25,266 bases of DNA, taken from positions 35,252-60,517 of the forward strand of contig CAZWLN010000025.1 of assembly GCA_964634885.1 (NCBI GenBank), in the 5' to 3' direction. The notes under the pieces were generated by a model. That model ran no database searches, was not told where the DNA came from, and saw only the letters and a list, made by a program, of their open reading frames with translations. The position numbers and the translations under genes were made by a program. Shown in pieces: positions 18,322 to 25,266 of the stretch. Origin of the DNA: an uncultured Hyphomicrobiales bacterium. Its GTDB lineage: Bacteria; Bacteroidota; Ignavibacteria; Kapaibacteriales; UBA2268. The first letter of the stretch is position 1. Each line of letters opens with the position of its first letter.

Positions 18322-19198
18322 TATGCCAATCAGAGAAAAAATATCGGCCAGGTTAACAGTGCTTACCGCTGCATATGCGGTATTGCTCGCAATGGCGCTT
18401 TGCACCGTACCAGCCTGCAGTAAAGGGCCTTCCCCCAATTCGAAGGACAAGCCGTCTGCCGCTTTGCAGCAGTCAGACACATCCAGGCTGAGAATTGCCA
18501 TTTCCAAACATTATGACAATTACTCCAGGTGGCTCCTCGAAGCCGACAAAGACATTGTCTGGTTCGACATGTACACCATACCCTTGGACAGCGCCCTGAA
18601 GATTGTCGGCAGCTGCGACGGACTTCTGCTGACAGGCGGGCCCGACGTCGAGCCGGGACGTTACGACAAACCCGGGGACACAGCCAGGTGTGAGATCGAC
18701 CACAGGAGGGATACGCTTGAGTTCGCTCTCATCGATGCTGCACGAAAGCTTCGAATGCCGGTGTTCGGCATCTGTCGCGGCGAGCAACTGCTCAATGTCT
18801 ATTACGGCGGCACCCTGATTGTCGATATACCCGAAGATTACAAAACGGAAATACAGCATAAATGTAAAAAACCCGACACTTGTTTCCACGATGTTGCAAT
18901 TGAACCGGGAACACTGCTGGAAAGCATCGTACAGGTTACGAAAGGAGTAAGCAACACCAATCATCACCAGTGTGTTAAAGACATTGCCAAAGGGTTCGTC
19001 GTCGCTTCCAGGTCATCCGACGGCGTAATCGAAGCCATCGAATGGGCCGGAGGTGAGCCGCCGGCAGGTGAACCTTTCGTCCTGGCAGTACAATGGCACC
19101 CGGAAAGGCTGGACCATGGCAATCCATTGTCACTTCTACCCGCAAAATATTTCATTGGTAAAGCACTTGAGTTTAAGAGAGGACGTTTGAAACGATGA
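18314..19198 (+). CDS. Lipoprotein of the peptidase C26 / class-I glutamine-amidotransferase-like gamma-glutamyl hydrolase family (PuuD-like)
   Basis: Signal peptide with ...TVPAC|SKG lipobox. Nucleophile elbow GICRGEQ, catalytic His in VQWHPE. Overlaps lpxK by 8 nt. Confidence 0.75.
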   Translation: MNSMPIREKISARLTVLTAAYAVLLAMALCTVPACSKGPSPNSKDKPSAALQQSDTSRLRIAISKHYDNYSRWLLEADKDIVWFDMYTIPLDSALKIVGSCDGLLLTGGPDVEPGRYDKPGDTARCEIDHRRDTLEFALIDAARKLRMPVFGICRGEQLLNVYYGGTLIVDIPEDYKTEIQHKCKKPDTCFHDVAIEPGTLLESIVQVTKGVSNTNHHQCVKDIAKGFVVASRSSDGVIEAIEWAGGEPPAGEPFVLAVQWHPERLDHGNPLSLLPAKYFIGKALEFKRGRLKR

Positions 19199-19740
19199 GC
19201 GTTTGGCCCGTACCTGACAGCTATGCGAAAGACATCCCCAAGAATGGGGCACAGGGCTCATTTTGGGAAGACAGGGATGAAAAATTTAATTGCGGCATAG
19301 ATATTTTTGCTCCGGCCGGTTCTGAAGTCCTCGCAATTGAAAGCGGAATGGTTTTCATTACCGATGTGTTTACTTCACACAACGACGGCAATTATTTCAA
19401 TAAAACTTATTATATAGTCGTCAGGACACCGCATAAGATATTCTTTAAATATGCTGCACTCCAGGAAGTGCTCGTAAACGTCGGCGATCAGGTACGGCAG
19501 GGACAACCCATCGGGAAGGTCGGCACCATCTTCAATGAGAACAGGATCGACATGGAGACTCCCTATTATATCATGGACCTTGTCAATCTCGGCAACACCA
19601 GCATGCTGCACATGGAATTGTACAAATTTCCCGTAATAGAAATCAAACCATACATGGCAGGCAATTTCCTCGGAAAGCAGAAACCCTATTCACTACTTGA
19701 CCCGGCACTCTATCTCAACGGTTCCAGAAAATTATTCTGA
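19195..19740 (+). CDS. LytM/M23-domain protein with degenerate zinc-ligand motifs (H-x-x-x-D is N-C-G-I-D; H-x-H is L-H-M-E), likely non-catalytic
   Basis: GIDIFAPAGSEVLAIESGMV and GQPIGKVG...LHMELY align to M23 core blocks, but two of three metal ligands are replaced. ATGA overlap with the upstream C26 gene. Confidence 0.65.
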   Translation: MSVWPVPDSYAKDIPKNGAQGSFWEDRDEKFNCGIDIFAPAGSEVLAIESGMVFITDVFTSHNDGNYFNKTYYIVVRTPHKIFFKYAALQEVLVNVGDQVRQGQPIGKVGTIFNENRIDMETPYYIMDLVNLGNTSMLHMELYKFPVIEIKPYMAGNFLGKQKPYSLLDPALYLNGSRKLF

Positions 19741-19869
19741 TTTGTTTTTTCTCTTCGAACAATACTTTCCTTTTTAAATAAATTTTTAGTAATTTAATCC
19801 TCAAATAATAAATTTTACTGTATCTTGTTTGTAAGATGGAGTATCTGTGTCATTAATCGAAACAATCAT

Positions 19870-20559
19870 ATGGATCTGATATTCTATATCTACCTGGCAT
19901 TCCTTGTTTTCGGCGGCATACTTTCCGGCGCTTCCATGCTCGGCGGCGACCATGGTCACGACTCTCACGGATTCGACGGAGACCACGGTGACACAGGGCA
20001 CCATCTCGGCAGCGGTGACAGCGACGGCAGCCATCAGCTCGAGTCAGGGCACCACTTCGCTGTCGCCCACATCGACTCCCATCCCGTAGATACGGACGGC
20101 GACTCCAAACCGGACGCCATCCAGCACCACCTGAGCGAATCGGCAGAAGCAGTAAAATTCATCAGCATACGTAACTTCATCTACTTTTCTACGCTTTTCG
20201 GCCTTACAGGTACCATTCTCTCCCTTATGGGGTTTCTGCCTTTCCTTACATTCAGCGTGTCTTTCGGAATGGGTACCCTGGCCTCCTTCATCGGCTACAA
20301 GACTGTAAAGTACCTTACCAACAGTGAATCCGGCGAAGCCGTAAACATCTTCAATCTTAAAGGCAGGAAAGGCGTCGTCATCATACCCGCCGGCAAAGAA
20401 AGAAAAGGCAGGATGAGGATTGAAGCTTCCGGTAATATGCTTGACCTCATCGCACTCGTTTCGGACGTTTCCTCGCAGGACTGCTTCGCACCGGGTGAAG
20501 AAGCGCTCATCATCGATGTTAAGGATAATACAGTATATATTGTCCCAGTTGATTTTTAA
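19870..20559 (+). CDS. NfeD-family membrane protein (partner of SPFH/flotillin) with an unusual His/Asp/Gly-rich loop between transmembrane segments
   Basis: TM helices plus C-terminal OB-fold-like beta region (GRKGVVIIPAGKERKGRMRIEASGNMLDLIALVSD...VYIVPV). Start placed at MDLIFYIY; the longer ORF starts at 19825. It lies 20 bp upstream of flotillin. Confidence 0.7.
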   Translation: MDLIFYIYLAFLVFGGILSGASMLGGDHGHDSHGFDGDHGDTGHHLGSGDSDGSHQLESGHHFAVAHIDSHPVDTDGDSKPDAIQHHLSESAEAVKFISIRNFIYFSTLFGLTGTILSLMGFLPFLTFSVSFGMGTLASFIGYKTVKYLTNSESGEAVNIFNLKGRKGVVIIPAGKERKGRMRIEASGNMLDLIALVSDVSSQDCFAPGEEALIIDVKDNTVYIVPVDF

Positions 20560-20578
20560 TTATTAAGGAGTAATATTT

Positions 20579-22186
20579 ATGGAGCAAACCGGTGTCCTCA
20601 TTGTAATTATTGCTGCATTGGCAGCATTTGCCTTCATTTTTATCCTTATATCCCTCAAAAGGCTGCTGCTCATCTCTCAGCCCAACGAGGTGATCATCCT
20701 GTCGGGCAGGAAGAGGAAACTGCCTAACGGCGACATCGTCGGCTACCGGATCATCCGCGGCGGCAGAGCTTTCAGGATGCCCTTCATCGAAAAAGCCTCA
20801 CGCATGTCCCTTGAAACAATACCAATCGAACTGTCGGTCGGCAATGCATACTCAAAAGGCGGCATTCCCCTGGCTGTCGAAGCCATTGCCAACATCAAGG
20901 TTGACTCGACGGAACCGGCCTTCGGTAACGCAGTCGAGCGTTTCCTGACACGCACCGAAGAAGAGATCCATTCCATTGCCAAAGACACGCTCGAAGGCAA
21001 CCTTCGCGGTGTTCTTGCTTCACTTACACCTGAAGAAGTAAACGAAGACAGGCTTAAATTCGCCGAAGTACTCATCGACGAAGCTGTTGGAGACCTGAGC
21101 CAACTCGGCCTTAAACTTGACACCCTGAAAATCACCAATATTTCTGACGAGAGGGGCTACCTCGACTCCATCGGCCGCAAGAAGACGGCAGAAGTACTGG
21201 CCAACGCAAAGAAAGCAGAAGCAGAAAAGAGAGCTGAAGCAGAAGAAGCTGAAGCCGCATCACTCCAAAGGGCCGAGATGGCGAAAGCCAAAGCCCACCA
21301 GGAAATCGAATCGGCCAAAGTCGAGTCGGAACAGAATGTCTCCATTGCCCGCGCCAATAAAATTGCCGAAACCGAAGCCACCCAGGCCCAGGCCCTGGAA
21401 AAAGCCGAAATCGCACGAGCTACGGCACAACAGGAGATTGAAACTGCTAAAGTGCAGTCCGAACAAAATATTCAGATTGCCCGTTCTAATAAAACCGCTG
21501 AGGCAAGAGAAGCTGAAGCAGCGGCCAAGACACGAGCTGAAAAAGCCTACGCTGTCTCGAAACAGGAAATCGACGTTGCCCATATCGAATCCGAAAGAAA
21601 CATCAGGATTGCCAAAGCACAGGCCGACACCAACGTCGAAGTAGAAAACAACAATCTCCGTGTTAAAAAAGCCGAACTGGAGAAAGTCGCCATCGAGAAA
21701 GAAAAACAGGCACAGGTTGCCGGTGTCAAAGCCCAGGTCGTCTATGAGCAGGAAGTCGAACTCGAGCGAATCGAGCTGCAGAAACGCAGGCTTACTGCCG
21801 ACGTCATCGAACCGGCCAAAGCAAAACGCGAAGCCCTCGAACTCGAAGCCAAGGGTGACGCTTCGAACATCATCGCCGACGGCGAAGCACAGGTCGCTGT
21901 TTTGAATATGCTCATCAAGTCTTACCTCAGCGCCGACGGCAACGGCGACAAGGTTCTCATGCTCAAGATGCTTCCGGACATCATCCGCTCAATGTCTGAT
22001 ACCATCAAGAACATCAAGATCGACAAACTCACAATGGTTGACAGCGGAAACGGCAGCGGCCAGCTTAACAAACTGATTTCACAGTTTCCCGGCGCCGTAA
22101 CCTCGCTTACGGAAATGATTGAGAATACGACAGGTGTGGACATTCTCAGCATGTTCAAGAAGAAGGAACAGGAAGCAGAGAAATAG
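20579..22186 (+). CDS. Flotillin-like SPFH/band-7 protein with N-terminal TM anchor and a long Glu/Ala-rich coiled coil containing three ~38-aa tandem repeats
   Basis: N-terminal hydrophobic anchor, SPFH core (IPIELSVGNAYSKGGIPLAVEAIANIKV), then (A/K)QQEIE(S/T)AKV(E/Q)SEQN(V/I)xIAR(A/S)NK repeats. Confidence 0.88.
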   Translation: MEQTGVLIVIIAALAAFAFIFILISLKRLLLISQPNEVIILSGRKRKLPNGDIVGYRIIRGGRAFRMPFIEKASRMSLETIPIELSVGNAYSKGGIPLAVEAIANIKVDSTEPAFGNAVERFLTRTEEEIHSIAKDTLEGNLRGVLASLTPEEVNEDRLKFAEVLIDEAVGDLSQLGLKLDTLKITNISDERGYLDSIGRKKTAEVLANAKKAEAEKRAEAEEAEAASLQRAEMAKAKAHQEIESAKVESEQNVSIARANKIAETEATQAQALEKAEIARATAQQEIETAKVQSEQNIQIARSNKTAEAREAEAAAKTRAEKAYAVSKQEIDVAHIESERNIRIAKAQADTNVEVENNNLRVKKAELEKVAIEKEKQAQVAGVKAQVVYEQEVELERIELQKRRLTADVIEPAKAKREALELEAKGDASNIIADGEAQVAVLNMLIKSYLSADGNGDKVLMLKMLPDIIRSMSDTIKNIKIDKLTMVDSGNGSGQLNKLISQFPGAVTSLTEMIENTTGVDILSMFKKKEQEAEK

Positions 22187-22203
22187 CCGGTTAATCAATT
22201 ATT

Positions 22204-22244
22204 AAAAAAGGCTGTCACATGGCAATCAATGTACAGCCTTTTTT
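22204..22244 (+). terminator. Strong rho-independent terminator after the flotillin gene (AAGGCTGT(C)ACAT ... ATGTACAGCCTT stem then TTTTTT)
   Basis: Seen in sequence. A ≥12-bp interrupted stem is followed immediately by a T-run. Confidence 0.75.
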
Positions 22245-22317
22245 CCCGTTCTTCTTTGAGGAATGACCAGCTGCCGTCATTTTCTTAAACGGCATTCATT
22301 ACAAGACATGCAATATT

Positions 22318-22348
22318 TTTGAGATGCCAATTATTCTTCATATTTTTG
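22318..22348 (+). promoter_or_regulatory. Candidate Bacteroidota-type sigma-A promoter: TTTG (22318-22321), 19-nt spacer, TATTTTTG (22341-22348), upstream of the orphan 96-aa ORF
   Basis: Matches the TTTG/TAnnTTTG -33/-7 consensus with 19-nt spacing. Only meaningful if the host is Bacteroidota-like. Confidence 0.35.
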
Positions 22349-22394
22349 AAAATTATTTAAGTATTGGTTTTGGAATTGTAGTGACAGATGGGCG

Positions 22395-22685
22395 ATGAAG
22401 GTAGTAAAAACAAAGAAAATTGAAGGATGCATGGAAGGAACCAACGTTTTCGATATTCTATTCGATTGTGTTTCCGACATGAATTTTGTAAAATACCTGG
22501 GGCAACTCGGCGAAGTGACCTACAACGACCAGATGGCAAAACCATATTACAAAGTGATCTGCCGCGGCAAATACACCCTGCGCGGCTCTCTCGGCAACCA
22601 TACCGTGAGGATTACACTGCCGGGAGACGGCTCTCTGGACCAGGTTGACGATGTCGTCAATCTGATTAATAACTATCCTGATTGA
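22395..22685 (+). CDS. Hypothetical 96-aa protein, no recognisable family (the start could also be the internal MEGTNVF)
   Basis: Clean ORF with its own promoter-like motif. Its stop lies 8 nt from the convergent ppk1 stop. No family hallmarks recognised. Confidence 0.4.
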   Translation: MKVVKTKKIEGCMEGTNVFDILFDCVSDMNFVKYLGQLGEVTYNDQMAKPYYKVICRGKYTLRGSLGNHTVRITLPGDGSLDQVDDVVNLINNYPD

Positions 22686-22693
22686 CCTCGTTT

Positions 22694-24880
22694 TTAAATG
22701 TTTGTCCTTGGAAGATAGCTGGGCTGCGTTTTACGCAACTCTTTCTCCAGTTTGTCAAGAAAATAGGTCTGCGCATTAATTCTTTTTTCCCCTTCTGCCT
22801 GCTTTACTTTTTCATAGGAACCGTCAGGTTTCAGTACCCAGCTTTTTGAATTGTCGTGCCAGTTAATGTCGATGATTTCCTTTAACTGGTCGATGATGTG
22901 AGGCGCTGTGACAGGGAACATCACTTCAACCCTTCGGTGCAGGTTACGCGTCATCCAGTCAGCGCTCGACAGGTAATACTCGTCATTGCCGCCGTTCTTG
23001 AAATGGAAAATCCGGCTGTGCTCCAGGAACCTGCCGATGATGCTCCTGACCTCGATGTTGTCGCTCACTCCGGGGATGCCCGGTTTAAGGCAACAGATGC
23101 CGCGTACCAGCAGTTTTATTTTCACTCCTTTTTGTGAAGCGCTGTAGAGTGCATGGATTACTTCCTCATGGGCGAGGGCATTAATCTTCGCAAAAATGAA
23201 CCCCGGATTCTCCCTCGTATGCAATTCCGTTTCCCGTTCGATGAGTTTCACAAGCTGCTTTCGGAGGTTGACCGGCGCAACAATCAGTTTTTTCCAGTCT
23301 TTGTACTGCGAATAGCCGGTTAAGTAATTGAACAGGTGAATGGCGTCGAGTCCGAATTCCTCGTCTGCCGTAAAGAACCCCAGGTCCGTGTACAGCCTCG
23401 AAGTAGGATGATTATAATTGCCGGTGGAAAGGTGAAGGTAGGTCCGGAGCTTTTCAGCTTCCTTCCTGATGACCAGACACATTTTGCAGTGAGTTTTCAG
23501 TCCCAGTACGCCGTAGATCACATGCACCCCGAGGTGTTCAAGTTCCCTGGCCCAGATGATGTTGTTTTCCTCGTCGAAACGCGCTTTCAGTTCCACGAAG
23601 GCAGTAACGTCCTTTCCTTTCTCGGCTGCTCTTTTGAGTGCAGCAACAACGGGCGAATCGATGCCTGTCCGGTAAAGCGTTATTTTAATGGCAAGGACGG
23701 CAGGGTCGTCAACAGCCTCGTCAACATACTTCAACACACTGTTGGTAAAACTGTCATAGGGATGGAAGACCATGAGGTCGCGTTTTCGTATTGCCTGAAA
23801 AATGCTCGATCCTTCGAACTGCAGTTCGGGCAGTACCCTCGTCTGGAAAGGCTTATCTTTGATTTCCCTGATATCTAATTTGAGCAGATCCATGAAATCG
23901 GGCAGCTTCAACGGCCTGTGATGCACATACATATCTGTTTCTTCCAGTTCCAGCGTTTTAATCAGGTGGCGCGCAAGGTACTCCGGCATATTTGAGCTTA
24001 CTTCCACCCTGACTGCGGCAGTACCCCATTTCCGGTGCTTCACCTGCTCTGCAATTTCCTTCAGAAGGTCCTCGGCTTCGTCTTCGGCAATCTCTATGTC
24101 TGCATCGCGTGTAACACGGAAGGTGTTGATGGCTTCGATGGACAGTCCGGGAAAAAGAATATTGGCCTGCGCTTCGATTATCTGCTCTAACAACACGAAA
24201 TGATAGCCGTCGGAACGGTCGAGACGGACAAACCTGTTCAGTACCGACGGTATTTGTACAATTGCCATCCTGAACTCGGTAGCCTTCTTTGTCTTGTTCT
24301 TGAGCACGAAAGAAACGTTGAGGCTCCTATTGATGAGCCGGGGGAATGGGTGGGCCGGGTCGAGGCTCAGGGGAGTCAGAACCGGCAGGACACTCTCTGT
24401 AAAATATTTCTTTAAATAGGCTTTCTCCTTTGTATCCAGTTCGTCGAAATTGTGGAACAGAACAGATTCTTTTGCCAGGGCAGGGATTATCTTTTCGTTG
24501 AATATCTCTTCCTGCTTCTTGTAAAGGGGAACACTCTTTTTTCTTATCTCTTCCAACTGCTTCGAAGGCGTCATCCCCCCCAGCGAGAGGTCAATCACAC
24601 CGACGGCGAGCTGCCTTTTAAGTCCGGCAACCCTGATCATGAAGAATTCATCCATGTTCGAGCTGCAAATGGAAAGAAACTTCAGGCGCTCGAGAAGGGG
24701 ATGGGACTCATCCTCGGCTTCGAGCAGCACCCGCCAGTTGAATTCAAGGAAGCTCAGTTCGCGGTTAAAATAATAGTCCGAAGAGCTAAGGTCAACTTTT
24801 TGTTCTGTTGATGTATCTTGTTCCATATAATCCTTCATATTCCACAATTCATAAATGAATGTAAATATAGAAATTATCAA
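22694..24880 (-). CDS. ppk: Polyphosphate kinase 1
   Basis: YFNRELSFLEFNWRVLLEAEDESHPLLERLKFLSICSSNMDEFFMIRVAGL N-terminal PPK1 signature; two PLD-like C-terminal domains; ~700 aa. Likely true start at MKDY (24838) or MEQD (24826) rather than 24880. Confidence 0.93.
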   Translation of the reverse strand: MIISIFTFIYELWNMKDYMEQDTSTEQKVDLSSSDYYFNRELSFLEFNWRVLLEAEDESHPLLERLKFLSICSSNMDEFFMIRVAGLKRQLAVGVIDLSLGGMTPSKQLEEIRKKSVPLYKKQEEIFNEKIIPALAKESVLFHNFDELDTKEKAYLKKYFTESVLPVLTPLSLDPAHPFPRLINRSLNVSFVLKNKTKKATEFRMAIVQIPSVLNRFVRLDRSDGYHFVLLEQIIEAQANILFPGLSIEAINTFRVTRDADIEIAEDEAEDLLKEIAEQVKHRKWGTAAVRVEVSSNMPEYLARHLIKTLELEETDMYVHHRPLKLPDFMDLLKLDIREIKDKPFQTRVLPELQFEGSSIFQAIRKRDLMVFHPYDSFTNSVLKYVDEAVDDPAVLAIKITLYRTGIDSPVVAALKRAAEKGKDVTAFVELKARFDEENNIIWARELEHLGVHVIYGVLGLKTHCKMCLVIRKEAEKLRTYLHLSTGNYNHPTSRLYTDLGFFTADEEFGLDAIHLFNYLTGYSQYKDWKKLIVAPVNLRKQLVKLIERETELHTRENPGFIFAKINALAHEEVIHALYSASQKGVKIKLLVRGICCLKPGIPGVSDNIEVRSIIGRFLEHSRIFHFKNGGNDEYYLSSADWMTRNLHRRVEVMFPVTAPHIIDQLKEIIDINWHDNSKSWVLKPDGSYEKVKQAEGEKRINAQTYFLDKLEKELRKTQPSYLPRTNI

Positions 24881-24918
24881 CTAATATGCCAAACAATATA
24901 AATTGTGGCTGCCTTAAT

Positions 24919-25219
24919 GAGGCAGGTCCGAGACCTGTCTCTACATCCTTAAACAAATATCTTGACAAATCACCAAATCCGGATTTTATTATATCGGTAT
25001 TTCTTTCTTTGAGACAGGTCTGAGACCTGTCTCTACATCCTTAAACAGATACCTTGACAAATCACCAAATCCGGATTTTATTATATCGGTATTTCTTTCT
25101 TTGAGACAGGTCTGAGACCTGTCTCTACATCCTTAAACAGATACCTTGACAAATCACCAAATCCGGATTTTATTATATCGGTATTTCTTTCTTTGAGACA
25201 GGTCTGAGACCTGTCTCTA
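24919..25219. repeat. Tandem array of a 92-bp unit (3 full units plus a partial fourth) immediately upstream of ppk1. Each unit begins with a perfect 23-bp palindrome GAGACAGGTC-TGA-GACCTGTCTC. The palindromes lie at 24919 (one mismatch), 25011, 25103 and 25195. Each unit also contains the 12-bp palindrome AAATCCGGATTT and a TTGACA...TATTAT sigma70-like element.
   Basis: Positions counted directly. Units 2 and 3 (25011-25102, 25103-25194) are identical. Unit 1 differs at a few positions. Confidence 0.9.
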
Positions 25220-25266
25220 CGAATCGACATTCATTGATCGGGGCCTCTGTCTTGTCTGCAAACACA

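Noticed and set aside
24919-25219. Possible CRISPR array (23-bp palindromic repeats at a regular 92-bp period)
   Set aside because: The intervening 69-bp 'spacers' are identical between units, no cas genes are present, and the period is much longer than typical repeat-plus-spacer units. It is a tandem duplication, not a CRISPR array.

Overview
This 25.3-kb window is a gene-dense chromosomal segment of a Gram-negative bacterium, probably from the FCB (Bacteroidota-like) group. The lineage is inferred from LPS genes (lpxK, GT9 heptosyltransferase), lipoproteins with relaxed lipoboxes, a Reg_prop beta-propeller lipoprotein, a DUF4270-like lipoprotein, and one clean TTTG-N19-TAnnTTTG promoter motif. 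Almost all of the window is housekeeping. The minus strand carries a tightly packed co-directional array: glgA, a ~456-aa lipoprotein, a ~422-aa outer-membrane beta-barrel, an AlkD-like alkylation-repair glycosylase, hslV, hslU, then der. The plus strand carries a translationally coupled signalling triad (small DUF3391-like ORF, HDOD protein, cytoplasmic GAF-like histidine kinase), an NlpC/P60 peptidase and a GT9 heptosyltransferase. It continues with sucC (no adjacent sucD), folP, an overlapping envelope cluster (lpxK, lipoprotein C26 hydrolase, degenerate M23/LytM protein), an NfeD-flotillin pair and an orphan 96-aa ORF. It ends with a Reg_prop lipoprotein and ppk1 on the minus strand. Both window edges are non-coding repeat arrays. 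At 1-650 there is a modular array of 9-bp GAACTTGAT iterons, two GC-rich hairpin types and GTAATTC heptads. At 24919-25219 there are about 3.3 near-identical 92-bp tandem units just upstream of ppk1, each carrying a perfect 23-bp palindrome and a 12-bp palindrome. I found no rRNA, tRNA, CRISPR-Cas, transposase, integrase or recognisable defence cassette. The candidates for something undescribed are the two repeat arrays, the glgA-linked lipoprotein/beta-barrel pair, the split DUF3391/HDOD/kinase module, and the lpxK-linked C26 hydrolase plus inactive LytM pair. All functional assignments are from reading the translations for family hallmarks; no database search was run.
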